Positions 29,573-39,634 of a DNA stretch of 64,000 nucleotides are shown here, piece by piece; positions within the stretch are counted from its first letter, which is position 1; the number at the start of each line of letters is the position of its first letter. The notes below the pieces were generated by a model. The model worked only from the letters and a program-made list of their open reading frames with translations, searched no databases and had not been told where the DNA came from. The position numbers and the translations under genes are program-made. The stretch comes from an uncultured bacterium (lineage in GTDB: Bacteria > Actinomycetota > Thermoleophilia > Solirubrobacterales > 70-9), in the NCBI GenBank assembly GCA_963758865.1, contig CAVWWY010000014.1, positions 39,581 through 103,580 on the forward strand. The letters are read 5' to 3'.

Positions 29573-30775
29573 GTGGCCACAGCGACCGTCATCAAGCCCG
29601 AGCACGAGGCGACCCGCAAGCACCTGCTGTTCACCGACGAGCACGAGGACCTGCGGGAGTCGATGGAGGCCTGGGTGAAGAAGGAGCTGTGGCCGCATCG
29701 CAACGAGTGGGAGGAGACGACCTGGCCTGACGAGGCGATGCGCCGCGCCGGCGAGCTCGGCTATCTCGGCCTCTGCTTCCCCGAGGAGTACGGCGGGCAG
29801 GGAGGTGACTACTACTACTCGCTGGTCCGCGCGGAGTGCATGAGCTACTCGGGATCGGGTGGCACCAACATGGGCTTCGCGGTGCAGACCGACATGGTCC
29901 TCCCCCCGATCCACCTGCTCGGAACCGAGGAGCAAAAGCAGCGCTACCTGGTCCCGGGGATCAAGGGCGAGAAGATCGGCTGCCTCGGGATCACCGAGCC
30001 GGGCGCGGGGTCCGACGTCGCGGGGATTCGCACCAAGGCGATCCGCGACGGCGACGACTACCTGATCTCGGGCTCGAAGACGTTCATCACCAACGGCGCC
30101 CGGGCCGATTTCATCCTCCTGGTCGCGAAGACGGACCCAGAGGCGCGACATGAGGGAATCACGCTGTTCCTCGTCGACCTCCGTGATGACGATGGGAACC
30201 ACGTCCCCGGCTTCGAGATCTCGCGCAAGCTCGAGAAGATGGGCATGCACGCCTCCGACACGGGCGAGCTGGCCTTCAACGAGGTCCGCGTGCCGGCCGA
30301 GAACGTGCTCGGCGAGATCGGCAAGGGCTTCTACCACATCAGCTGGGAGCTACAGAGCGAGCGCTTGGTCGCCGCGGCGGGGTCCGTCGCCGGCGCCGAG
30401 CGGATGTTCGAGAAGACGCTGGAATACGCCAAGGAGCGCGAGGCCTTCGGGCGCCCGATCGGCAGCTTCCAGGCGATCCGCCACAAGTTCGCCGAGATGG
30501 CGACCAAGATCGAGGCGGCGAAGCAGTTCAACTACGTGGTCGCGTGGCGCTACGCCAACGGCGAGTACCCGGTCCGCGAGATCACCGAGGTGAAGCTGTT
30601 CACCTCGCGGGTCGGCTGCGAGGTCGCCGACGAGTGCGTTCAGATCCTCGGCGGCTACGGCTACATGAAGGAGTACGAGATCGAGCGCGCCTACCGCGAC
30701 GTCCGCCTGAACCGCATCGGTGCCGGAACCGACGAGATCATGCTCGAGGTGATCGGCCGCTCCTACGGGCTGTAG
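29573..30775 (+). CDS. Acyl-CoA dehydrogenase
   Basis: AAGGAG lies 7 nt before GTG 29573. Motifs GCLGITEPGAGSDVAG, GSKTFITNG, GRPIGSFQAIRHKFAEM, ILGGYGYMKEY. Intact. Confidence 0.9.
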   Translation: MATATVIKPEHEATRKHLLFTDEHEDLRESMEAWVKKELWPHRNEWEETTWPDEAMRRAGELGYLGLCFPEEYGGQGGDYYYSLVRAECMSYSGSGGTNMGFAVQTDMVLPPIHLLGTEEQKQRYLVPGIKGEKIGCLGITEPGAGSDVAGIRTKAIRDGDDYLISGSKTFITNGARADFILLVAKTDPEARHEGITLFLVDLRDDDGNHVPGFEISRKLEKMGMHASDTGELAFNEVRVPAENVLGEIGKGFYHISWELQSERLVAAAGSVAGAERMFEKTLEYAKEREAFGRPIGSFQAIRHKFAEMATKIEAAKQFNYVVAWRYANGEYPVREITEVKLFTSRVGCEVADECVQILGGYGYMKEYEIERAYRDVRLNRIGAGTDEIMLEVIGRSYGL

Positions 30776-32036
30776 CCGCTCCTCGCGCAAGCCGGCTCGA
30801 GTCGGCCACCCGGTCGGCCAGGAACGAGCGCTCCACCGGGTTGGTCGCCAACTCGAGCGCGCGGCGATAGGCCGCGAGCGCCTCGTCGTCCCGGCCCACG
30901 CGGCGCAAGAGCTCTGCGCGGGCGGAATGGAGGTGCTGGTAGGAGTCGAGCCCCTCGATGCGGTCGATCAGGTCGAGACCCCGCTCGGGCCCTTCGAGCA
31001 TCGCGATGGCCGCAGCGCGGTTCAAGTCGACCACGGGCGAGGGCTGGATCAGGGCGAGCCAGTCGTAGAGACGGCTGATCCGCGCCCAGTCGGTCGCCTC
31101 TGCCGCCTCGGCGCCGGCGTGCTCGGCCGCGATCGCGGCCTGCAGCGTGTAGGGGCCGGGCGGCTGACGCGCGCTTGCTCGGCGGACCAGCCCCAGTCCC
31201 TCGTCGATCTCGCCTCGGTCCCACAGCGAGCGGTCCTGGTCCGAGAGCAGGACGAGGCGTCCGTCGGCGTCCACGCGGGCGGCCCGCCGCGAGTCCTGGA
31301 GCAGCATCAGGGCCGCTAACCCCAACGCCTCCGACTCACGAGGCATCATCGCCGCCAGGATGCGTGCCAGCCGGATCGCCTCGGCGCAGAGCTCGCGACG
31401 GATCAGTGCGTCGGACTCCTTGGCGAGATACCCCTCGTTGAAGACGAGGTAGAGCGTCGCGAGCACGGACGGCAGCCGCTCTGCAAGCCGCTCGCCCGAG
31501 GGGACCTCGTAGCGGATCCCGGCGTCGCGGATCTTGCGCTTGGCCCGCACCAGCCGTTGGGCCATCGTCGTGTCGGCCACGAGGAAGGCTCGGGCGATCT
31601 CGGTCGTGGTGAGGCCGCCGAGGGTTCGAAGCGTCAGCGCAACACGGGCCTCGGGCGCCAGCGCGGGATGGCAGCAGGTGAAGATCAGCCGCAACCGGTC
31701 GTCAGGGAGCTCGTCGGCATCGTGCTCCTGGTCGGCCCCCTCGCCCGGTTCCAGGCGCTCGAGCATGGCCCGCTTCTCGACGAGGGTTCGCTCGCGCCGG
31801 GCGCGATCGATCGCCTTGTTGCGCGCGACCCGGATGATCCACGCGCCGGGGTTGTCCGGAGCGCCCTCGCGCGGCCAGCGCTCGAGCGCGACCACGAACG
31901 CCTCCTGCACCGCCTCCTCGGCCGCGTCAAAGTCGCCGAGGATGCGTATCAGCGTGGCGACCGCCCGTCCCGACTCACGTCGGAACAGGCGGTCGGCGAT
32001 GCTGGCCGGGCCGGCCGCGGACTGCCTGGCGTCGAC
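30738..32036 (-). CDS. ECF sigma factor with C-terminal TPR-like extension (ECF42/COG4941 type); start codon unresolved
   Basis: Region 2 and 4 motifs NPGAWIIRVARNKAIDRAR, IFTCCHPALAPEARVALTLRTLGGLTTTEIARAF, plus about 200 aa of helical repeats. The first canonical start is GTG 31910. In-frame homology (SIADRLFRRESGRAVATLIRILGDFDAAEEA) continues upstream to about 32036, with no ATG/GTG/TTG back to the in-frame stop at 32082-32084. Confidence 0.8.
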   Translation of the reverse strand, partial: VDARQSAAGPASIADRLFRRESGRAVATLIRILGDFDAAEEAVQEAFVVALERWPREGAPDNPGAWIIRVARNKAIDRARRERTLVEKRAMLERLEPGEGADQEHDADELPDDRLRLIFTCCHPALAPEARVALTLRTLGGLTTTEIARAFLVADTTMAQRLVRAKRKIRDAGIRYEVPSGERLAERLPSVLATLYLVFNEGYLAKESDALIRRELCAEAIRLARILAAMMPRESEALGLAALMLLQDSRRAARVDADGRLVLLSDQDRSLWDRGEIDEGLGLVRRASARQPPGPYTLQAAIAAEHAGAEAAEATDWARISRLYDWLALIQPSPVVDLNRAAAIAMLEGPERGLDLIDRIEGLDSYQHLHSARAELLRRVGRDDEALAAYRRALELATNPVERSFLADRVADSSRLARGAATARRSGRSPRA

Positions 32037-32056
32037 CGCCTTGCGGCCAGGCGATG

Positions 32057-32455
32057 CTACGAGGAGGCCTCCGCCTGCGCCTCAACGGGCTCGAAGCCGA
32101 ACTCCGTGTAGTCCATCACCGGTCGCACCTCGATCGAACCGCCGGGCCGCAGCGGCACCTTCCTGGCCCACTCGAGCGCCTCGTCGAGGTCCTCGCACTC
32201 CAGCAGGTAGAAGCCGCCAAGCTGCTCCTTGGTCTCGGCGAAGGGGCCGTCCGTGACCAGCCGCTCGTCGCCCTCGCCGACCTTGATGGTGGTCGCGGTG
32301 GCGCTCGGCTGAAGGCCCTCGCCCGCGAGCTTGGCGCCGGCGCCGGCGACCTCGTGCTCGAACCGGTTCCAGGGCTCCATCCCGGCCTTCATGTCCTCGG
32401 GGCTCACGTCGTCCCATCCCGTCTCGTCCCCGAACAGAGCCAACAAGTACTTCAT
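32057..32455 (-). CDS. YCII-related (DGPF-domain) protein, usual partner of ECF42 sigma factors
   Basis: MKYLLALFGDE..., DGPFAETKEQLGGFYLLECEDLDEALEWA. AGGAGG lies 6 nt upstream of the ATG. Confidence 0.85.
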   Translation of the reverse strand: MKYLLALFGDETGWDDVSPEDMKAGMEPWNRFEHEVAGAGAKLAGEGLQPSATATTIKVGEGDERLVTDGPFAETKEQLGGFYLLECEDLDEALEWARKVPLRPGGSIEVRPVMDYTEFGFEPVEAQAEASS

Positions 32456-32512
32456 CTGAACCTCCTATCACGTGCGGCGCGGATCGCCGCATTCACCTTA
32501 ACGACGAACGGA

Positions 32513-32969
32513 ATGGGCCGAAATCGACATCGCGCGCCGCCGATCGTCAGAATCGGGCCGCTGGCCAACCTCGATCACATCCGCTCCTACTACGAGGCGT
32601 TGAACACGGGCGACGTCGAGTTGATCGCGTCGCACTTCACCGACGACGCCGTCCACTACTACACGAGGCTCGGGCCCCACCAGGGCGCACAGGCGATCAG
32701 CCGAGAACGCTCGCTGGGCCACCGACAACCTCGACGGAAAGTGGTGGTACGAGCACGGGATCGAACAGGGCGACGAGGCGGTGATCGAGTGGACGATGAC
32801 CTGGCGCGACCCGAAGTCGGGCGAGACCAGGCTCAACCGCGGCACCGAGTGGTTCCGCCTCAGGGACGGGAGGATCGCGGAGGTGCGCGCCTACCACCAC
32901 GGCGACCACAAGAACCCGCGCGGCGATCTGCTCGGGTTCGACTTCGAGACGGCCGGCTACACGACGTGA
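32513..32969 (+). pseudogene. SnoaL-like / NTF2-fold protein; one frame break
   Basis: IRSYYEALNTGDVELIASHFTDDAVHYY in the ORF 32054 frame. VIEWTMTWRDPKSGETRLNRGTEWFRLRDGRIAEVRAYHH in ORF 32781-32969. Break near 32700. Confidence 0.7.
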
Positions 32970-34146
32970 GCGTGATCAAGGACAGCGGCGCCCGGGCGGC
33001 CCTGCCCCCGTTCGCGGACGAGCACGACGAGCTGCGCGAGAGCGTCCGGCGCTTCGTCTCCAAGGAGATCGCTCCCAACGTCGACGACTGGGAGGCGGCG
33101 CGGGAGTTCCCGCGCGAGCTGTTCGCCCGCTGCGGCGAGCTCGGCTTCCTCGGCCTGAAGTTCCCCGAGGAGTACGGGGGCCAGGGCGGGACCCACCTCC
33201 ACGACGCCGTGTGGATCGAGGAGCTGTCGCGCTCCGGGGGCTCGGGCGGGGTTGCGGCCGGCCTCAACGCGCACGCGCAGATCGCGATGCCGCCGGTGTT
33301 CGACTTCGGCACCGAGGAGCAGCGCCGGCGGTGGATCGTGCCCGGGATCAGCGGCGAGCTCGTGGGCGCGCTCGGCATCACCGAGCCCGGGGCGGGCTCG
33401 AACGTCGCCGACATCCGCACCACGGCCCGCAAGGTCTCGGGCGGCTACGTCGTCAACGGGTCGAAGACGTTCATCACCAACGGCGTCCGCGCCGACTTCC
33501 TGGTCTGCGCTGTGAAGACGAGTCCCGACGGCGGCCACCACGGCCTGTCCTTCCTCGTCCTCGAGCGCGACATGCCCGGCTACGAGGTGACGAGCAAGCT
33601 CGAGAAGATGGGCTGGCATTCCTCGGACACTGGCGAGCTCGCCTTCACCGACGTGGAGGTGCCCGACGACCACCTGCTCGGCGACGAGGACCAGGGCTTC
33701 TACCTGATCATGGCCAACTTCCAGTGGGAGCGACTGGCCATGGCGCTCGGCGCGGTGGGTGGAATGCAGAAGGTGTTCGAGTCCACGCTCGCCTACGCCA
33801 AGGAGCGCGAGGCCTTCGGGCGCCCGATCGGGAGGTTTCAGTCGATCAGCCACAAGTTCGCCGAGATGGCGACCAGGATCGAGGCCGCGCGGGCAGTCAC
33901 CTACAACGCCCTGCGCCTGTTCGCGGAGGGCCATGACGGCGATGTCGCGAGGTGACGATCGCCAAGCTCTTCACCCAGCGAGGGCTGGTCGAGGTCGCCG
34001 ACGAGTGCCTCCAGATCCACGGGGGCTACGGGTACATGCGCGAGTACGGGATCGAGCGCGCGGTCCGCGACGCCCGCCTCGGCCCGATCGGGGGAGGCAC
34101 CGACGAGATCATGAAGGAGATCCTGGGCAGGCAGCTGGGCCTGTAG
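32966..34146 (+). pseudogene. Acyl-CoA dehydrogenase; one frame break near the 3' end
   Basis: GTG 32966 overlaps the upstream stop (GTGA). Motifs GALGITEPGAGSNVAD, GSKTFITNG, GRPIGRFQSISHKFAEM. The last 64 aa (IHGGYGYMREY..) are in ORF 33952-34146. Break near 33950. Confidence 0.85.
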
Positions 34147-34391
34147 GGATTTGCAGGGAATTCGCTCGTTTTCCCTCGATCCCAGGACCGGGCGGACACA
34201 AAACGGACACGTCACGATCACGTGCGCGGGTGCACGGCCTTCCCCGCTGCCTGATCACCCGCCTAAGCAGGGCCTATCGCCAACTGAGGCATTTGGTGTG
34301 TCAGGGGCTACCTGAATGCTTCGAACCGCTGCGCCTGACGGCGCGAGGAATGCCGCCCGCCGCACCGAATATGGCGTGAAGGGGGCTAGGC

Positions 34392-35492
34392 ATGCCAGTC
34401 GGCGAATCCACATCGCGCCTGATCCTGCGGGCCGTCCTGATCGTGATCGCGGTCGTGCTGGTGCTGTACGTGCTCTACCTGCTGCGCAAGCCGCTGAGCT
34501 GGTTAGTGATTGCGGCGTTCATCGCGGTCGCCGTCTCAGGGCCGGTGAACCTGCTATCGCGGCACATGAGGCGTGGGTTCGCAATCGCGGTGGTCTACAT
34601 CACCCTGCTGCTGATCCCGATCGCACTGGGCGCGCTGCTCATCCCCAGCCTCGTCAACCAGGGCGAGGACCTCGCCAACAACGCGCCGGAGTACGCCCAG
34701 GACGTTACCGACTTCGTGAACGAGAATGAGACGCTCCGCAACCTGAACGACGACTACGACATCACCGCCAAGCTCCAAGACGAGGCCGAGAAGCTGCCGT
34801 CCAAGATCGGCGACGCCGCCGGCACCCTTCGCGACATCGGAATCGGGTTCGTGAACTCGGTCTTCGCTGGGCTGACGATCCTCATCCTCAGCATATTCAT
34901 GGTCTCCGGAGGCAGGCGATGGATCGAGCGCTTCCTGGAGACGCGCAACCCGGACCAGGAGGAACGCATCGGGCGGGCCCTCGACCACATCGGGAACGCG
35001 GTCGGCAACTACGTGGCGGGCGCGCTGCTGCAGGCGACCATCGCGGGCATCACCTCGTTCATCGTGCTGACGATCCTGGGTGTCCCGTTCGCGGGGCCGC
35101 TCGCGCTCGTCGTGTTCTTCTTCGACCTCATCCCCCTCATTGGCGCCACCTTGGCGGCGGTGCTGGTGGCGGTCGTGACGCTGTTTGTCAACTTCCCGGT
35201 CGCGCTGATCGTGTGGGGGATCTACTCGATCGCCTACCAGCAGGTGGAGAACTACGTGATCCAGCCCCAGATCCAGCGGCGAGCCGTAGCCGTGGAGCCG
35301 TTCGTCGTCCTCGTCGCGGTGTTGTTCGGGGGCACGCTGTTCGGGATCATCGGCGCCCTGCTTGCGATCCCGGCGGCGGCCTCGATCCAGATCGCGATCC
35401 GGGAGTGGATGGCCTACCGGCGCGAGGTCGTCGTCGGGCCGGACGACAGCGCCGCCGCCGGCTCGAACCGCAGGGCCGAGGCGCCCACGTAG
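34392..35492 (+). CDS. AI-2E family transporter (PerM/UPF0118)
   Basis: Polytopic 366-aa ORF with a typical PerM C-terminal block: FFFDLIPLIGATLAAV, YQQVENYVIQPQI, LFGIIGALLAIPAAA. Confidence 0.85.
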   Translation: MPVGESTSRLILRAVLIVIAVVLVLYVLYLLRKPLSWLVIAAFIAVAVSGPVNLLSRHMRRGFAIAVVYITLLLIPIALGALLIPSLVNQGEDLANNAPEYAQDVTDFVNENETLRNLNDDYDITAKLQDEAEKLPSKIGDAAGTLRDIGIGFVNSVFAGLTILILSIFMVSGGRRWIERFLETRNPDQEERIGRALDHIGNAVGNYVAGALLQATIAGITSFIVLTILGVPFAGPLALVVFFFDLIPLIGATLAAVLVAVVTLFVNFPVALIVWGIYSIAYQQVENYVIQPQIQRRAVAVEPFVVLVAVLFGGTLFGIIGALLAIPAAASIQIAIREWMAYRREVVVGPDDSAAAGSNRRAEAPT

Positions 35493-35590
35493 ATCTCGAG
35501 CTGCGTCCGGCGCTCAGGCAGGCTGGCCGAGTTGCGACGTCTATTTCGTCCCAACTCGGCCCGTGACGGCCGCGCGGATACTCTGCGCGT

Positions 35591-36755
35591 ATGGCGACTG
35601 CCATCGAGCCCCCGACGACCTACTCGCTCCCTCAGGAGTTCCTCGACTTCCAGGAGACGATCCGCAAGATGGTCACGGAGCGGGTCGAGCCCCGGGCCGC
35701 ACAGATCGACTCGGATGCCGAGTATCCGCAGGACCTTCGGGAGCTGTTCGCGCAGCACGACCTCTTCGGCCTCCCGTTCGAGACCGAACACGGCGGCACG
35801 GGCACCGGGACGTTGATGCTCAACATCGCGGTCGAGGAGGTCGCTCGAGGCGTGCGCTTCGAGCGCCCTGATGCTGATGATCCAGGAGCTGGGAACGCTG
35901 CCGATCAAGCTGTTCGGCAGCGAGGAGCTAAAGCAGCGCTTCCTGCCCCGGTGCGCCGCGGGCGAGTGGACACCGGCGTTCGCGCTCTCGGAGCCCGACG
36001 CCGGCTCGGACCCGGGCGGCATGCGCACCCGCGCGGTGCGCGACGGGGACGAGTGGGTGATCGACGGGACCAAGAACTGGATCACCAACCTGGGGGTGGC
36101 CGACTTCTACATCGTGTTCTGCGTCACCGACCCCGAGGCCGGGCGCTCGCACGGGATCTCGGCCTTCGTCGTCGAGGCGGACCGGCCAGGCTTCTCGGTC
36201 GGCAAGCTCGAGCACAAGATGGGCATCCGCGGGTCGCCGACCGGGCAGCCGATCTTCGACTCCGTCCGCGTCCCGGCGGCCAACATGATCGGCGCGGAGA
36301 ACCAGGGCTTCAAGGTCGCGATGTCGACCCTCGATCGCTCGCGCCTGGGCGTCGCTGCGCAGGCGACGGGCATCGCCCAGGGGGCAACGGACTACGCGGC
36401 CGCCTACGCCGCCCAACGCCAGCAGTTCGGCAAGCCGATCGCCTCCTTCCAGGGGATCCAGTTCAAGCTCGCCGAGATGGAGACGCGGACGGCGGCCGCA
36501 CGCGAGCTCCTCTACCGCGCCTGCGCGAAGGTCGATGCGAGCGAGCAGGACATGGGCAAGTATTCGGCGATGGCGAAGCTGTTCGCCTCCGACACCGCGA
36601 TGTGGGTGACGACGGAGGCGGTCCAGGTCCTGGGCGGGTACGGGTACGTCAACGAGTACCCGGTCGAGCGCATGATGCGCGACGCGAAGATCACCCAGAT
36701 CTACGAGGGAACCAACGAGATCCAGCGATTGGTGATCGCGCGGAGCCTGACCTGA
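35591..36755 (+). pseudogene. Acyl-CoA dehydrogenase (short/branched-chain type); one frame break
   Basis: N-terminal 85 aa in ORF 35591-36805. The rest is in ORF 35871-36755 (FALSEPDAGSDPGG, GTKNWITN, FGKPIASFQGIQFKLAEM, VLGGYGYVNEYP, IYEGTNEIQ). Break near 35850. Confidence 0.85.
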
Positions 36756-36795
36756 TGGCCCCTGAGGCTCGGCCCGGGGCGTCCACGGTCGAGTC

Positions 36796-37206
36796 TTACG
36801 AGTAGCTGGACGGCTCGGGGCGTCGGTACTCGGACCGCCTGCGCATGGCCGCGGCCGAGTGCGATGCGACGAGCACCAGGATCACGGACGCGATCCAGAG
36901 CTTGAAGGTCGGCTCCGGCCACGTCAGCGTCCCCGACTTCGAGAACCAATCCGGGTCGATGAGGAAGACAAGGCTGACCACCGCGATCCTGATGAACGCG
37001 CCGCCGACCAAGAAGACCGAGAGCAGGATGATCCCCCAGAAGCCGAGGTCACCGGCGCCAATCGACTCCCCGAAATCGAGAACGTTCCACGCGAACCAGA
37101 CGACCACCGGCGCGATCAGCAACGCGACCAGGCTGATCATCAGGATGCCGATCCCCACCAGGCCGAAGATCAGCCCGCCGACGATGCCGTGGCGTCTGTC
37201 CTCCAC
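36796..37206 (-). CDS. Small integral membrane protein, unknown function
   Basis: GTG at 37206. Three or four hydrophobic segments (GIVGGLIFGLVGIGILMISLVALLIAPVVVWF...). Lies in the frame of ORF 36796-38106. Confidence 0.5.
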   Translation of the reverse strand: MEDRRHGIVGGLIFGLVGIGILMISLVALLIAPVVVWFAWNVLDFGESIGAGDLGFWGIILLSVFLVGGAFIRIAVVSLVFLIDPDWFSKSGTLTWPEPTFKLWIASVILVLVASHSAAAMRRRSEYRRPEPSSYS

Positions 37207-37271
37207 GTGACGACCGTAGACCCGCGACCAGACGGAAGCGGAGTCTCCCTCGGCTCGCGGGCGGTTGGTCG

Positions 37272-37758
37272 CTAGTCGGTGGCCCCGGCCTCGCCGGCCA
37301 TGAACTCGTCGAGCCCGGCCCGGGCGCGGCGGCGCACGGCGGAGCGCAGGATCGGCGTCCAGCCGAGCAGCAGGCCGGACGTCCCGAGCGCCTGGCGCGC
37401 CCAGCCGTAGAAGTCGAACTCGTCGTGGTGCTCGGCGATCAGCCCGTCGGCGAATCGGAAGGACGCCCGGACGTCGTTGGTGACGGGCCGCCCGGTCTGG
37501 GTGAACGTGTAATGGGCGACCCAGCGGGCGGAGCCGCGATTGATCGTTTGCCTCGTGCTCGACGAGGTCGACCGTCAGGTCCTCGGCGCGGCCCGTGAGC
37601 ATCCGCCACATCGCTCCCGGCTCCTCTCCGCGCAGGTTCGGGAACACCGGATCCGAAAAGCGCGCCGCCGGCGCGTAACAGGCGGCCATCGCGTCCCCTT
37701 CATGGGCGTCGAAGGCGGCGTAGAAGCGGCGGATGAGCTCCACGTTCCCCTCCGACAT
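37272..37758 (-). pseudogene. NTF2-fold (SnoaL_2/DUF4440-like) protein; one frame break
   Basis: MSEGNVELIRRFYAAFDAHEGDAMAACYAPAARFSDPVF. The C-terminal part is hand-translated in another frame (ARWVAHYTFTQTGRPVTNDVRASFRFADGLIAEHHDEFDFYGW..ATD*). Break near 37535. Confidence 0.7.
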
Positions 37759-37846
37759 CCGGGCGACGCTACCACGCCGCGCCGCACCGACACCGAGTAC
37801 GGTTCCCGCTCCGGACAAGCGCCTCAGAGAGGAGAGACGAGCGCAG

Positions 37847-38674
37847 ATGGGACTACTTGACGGCAAGGCCGCGATCATCACCGGTTCGGCCCGCGGGATC
37901 GGTCGGGCGACTGCCGAGGCCTTCATTCGCGAAGGAGCCAAGGTGCTGATCAACGACATCGACGGCGAGGTGGCCGAGCAGGCGGCCGGCGAGATCGAGG
38001 GCGAGACCGCGGTATTCGCCGGCGACCTCACGCAGCCGGGCGCCTGCGACGACCTGGTGGCGAAGGCGAACGAGGCGTTCGGCGAGGTCGACATCGTGGT
38101 CAACAACGCCGGCTACACCTGGGACGGCGTGGTCCACAAGATGAGCGACGAGCAGTTCCAGGCGATGCTGGACATCCACACGATCGTGCCCTTCCGCGTC
38201 ACGAGGGCGCTGGCGCCGCACTGGCGCGAGGCGGCCAAGCAGGAGGCCGGGCAGGGCACCGAGCGCTTCCGCAAGATCGTCAACATCACCTCGATCTCGG
38301 GCACGATGGGCAACGCGGGCCAGGCCAACTACTCGGCCGCCAAGGCCGGCATCACGGGGCTGACGAAGACGATCGCCAAGGAATGGGGCCAGTTCAAGGT
38401 CAACGTCAACGCCGTCGCCTTCGGCTTCGTCGAGACGCGCCTCACTCAGGCCAAGGAGCAGGCCGAGGCGATCGAGCGCGGCGGCGAGAAGATCGAGCTC
38501 GGGATTCCCGAGCAGCAGCGCGCGATGGCCTCGATGATCATTCCGCTGGGCCGCCCGGCCCAGCCGGCGGAGGCCGCCGGCCCCGTCCTCTTCCTGGCGT
38601 CGGAGCTCGCCAACTACGTCCATGGCCAGGTCCTCAACGTCACCGGTGGGCAGTTCGGAGGCATGTACGCCTAA
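37847..38674 (+). CDS. SDR-family oxidoreductase (FabG-like 3-oxoacyl reductase)
   Basis: GAGAGGAGAG lies upstream of ATG 37847. Motifs AIITGSARGIGRA, NNAG, YSAAKAG. Intact. Confidence 0.9.
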   Translation: MGLLDGKAAIITGSARGIGRATAEAFIREGAKVLINDIDGEVAEQAAGEIEGETAVFAGDLTQPGACDDLVAKANEAFGEVDIVVNNAGYTWDGVVHKMSDEQFQAMLDIHTIVPFRVTRALAPHWREAAKQEAGQGTERFRKIVNITSISGTMGNAGQANYSAAKAGITGLTKTIAKEWGQFKVNVNAVAFGFVETRLTQAKEQAEAIERGGEKIELGIPEQQRAMASMIIPLGRPAQPAEAAGPVLFLASELANYVHGQVLNVTGGQFGGMYA

Positions 38675-38749
38675 GGTGCCCACGCTCGAACGTGACCGGG
38701 GAGCGAGCCCTGGAGGGGGCCTGCTCCCCCGCACGCGAGCGCTGAGCCG

Positions 38750-39634
38750 ATGAAGGCCGTCAGGGTGATCGGGGTGCCGATCGACTCGGTTGGTCGATCC
38801 GGCGGCACCGAGCTGGCGCCGGGGACGCTTCGCGAGCTGGGGCTTCCCGCGGCCCTGGCACGGGCAGGACGCGGGCGATCTGGACGTGCGGGTCCGGGGC
38901 GAGGAGCGCGACCCGGCCACGGGGATCCTCGGCAGCGACGACGTGCTCGCGACCACGTCGACGTTGAGGGGCGCCGTGGCGAGTGCGCTGGAGGCCGGCG
39001 TGACGCCCGTTCCTGGTCGGCGGCTGCTGCGCCGAGCTGCCCGGCGCGCTCGCCGGCGCCCGCGACGCGCTCGGCCGCGTCGGGCTCGCCTACCTGGATG
39101 GGCACTTGGACCTCTATGACGGCGTCACCTCCCCGACCGGCGAGGCCGCCGACATGCCGGTCGGGGTGGCGCTCGGTCGGGGGCCGGAGGCCTGGGTCGA
39201 GGGCCGCCGGCGGGGCCTCACTCGCCGTGGAGAACACGGCGATCGTCGGGTACCGAGACAAGGAGGAGTCCATGGAATTTGGGATGCTCCAACCGGAGGA
39301 GCTCGGTCCCGGGCTGGTGCATCTGCCGATTGACGAGGTGCGGACCGAAGGCCCGGGCGAGGTCGGGGAGCGCGTCGCGGTCGCACTCGCCGACGGGCCC
39401 GCCTTCTGGCTTCACCTCGACGTCGACGTCCTCGATCAGGCCACCTTTCCAGCCACGGACTACCTGATGCCAAACGGCATGAGCTGGGATGAGTTGGGCG
39501 CCGTCCTGGGCCCGCTCGCCTCCTCGCCCGCGCTGACGGGCGCCTCACTCGCCTGTTACAACCCCCAGAAGGACCCGGAGCTTCGCTGCGGTCGCGCGCT
39601 CGTCGACGCGCTGGGGAGCGCGTTCGCCGGCTAG
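38750..39634 (+). pseudogene. Arginase/agmatinase/formiminoglutamase-family hydrolase; three frame breaks although one frame stays open
   Basis: VIGVPIDS.., LVGGCCAELPG, YLDGHLDLYDG, HLDVDVLD (Mn-binding DxDxxD), ACYNP. The pieces lie in ORFs 38750, 38790 and 39106. Breaks near 38862, 39010 and 39212. Confidence 0.7.

Noticed and set aside
34147-34391. 245-nt lower-GC intergenic region upstream of the AI-2E transporter, as a possible ncRNA or riboswitch.
   Set aside because: It contains only one short hairpin (AGGGAA-N10-TTCCCT) and a TCACGATCACG direct repeat. There is no conserved core of any riboswitch I recognise. This is insufficient evidence without comparative data.
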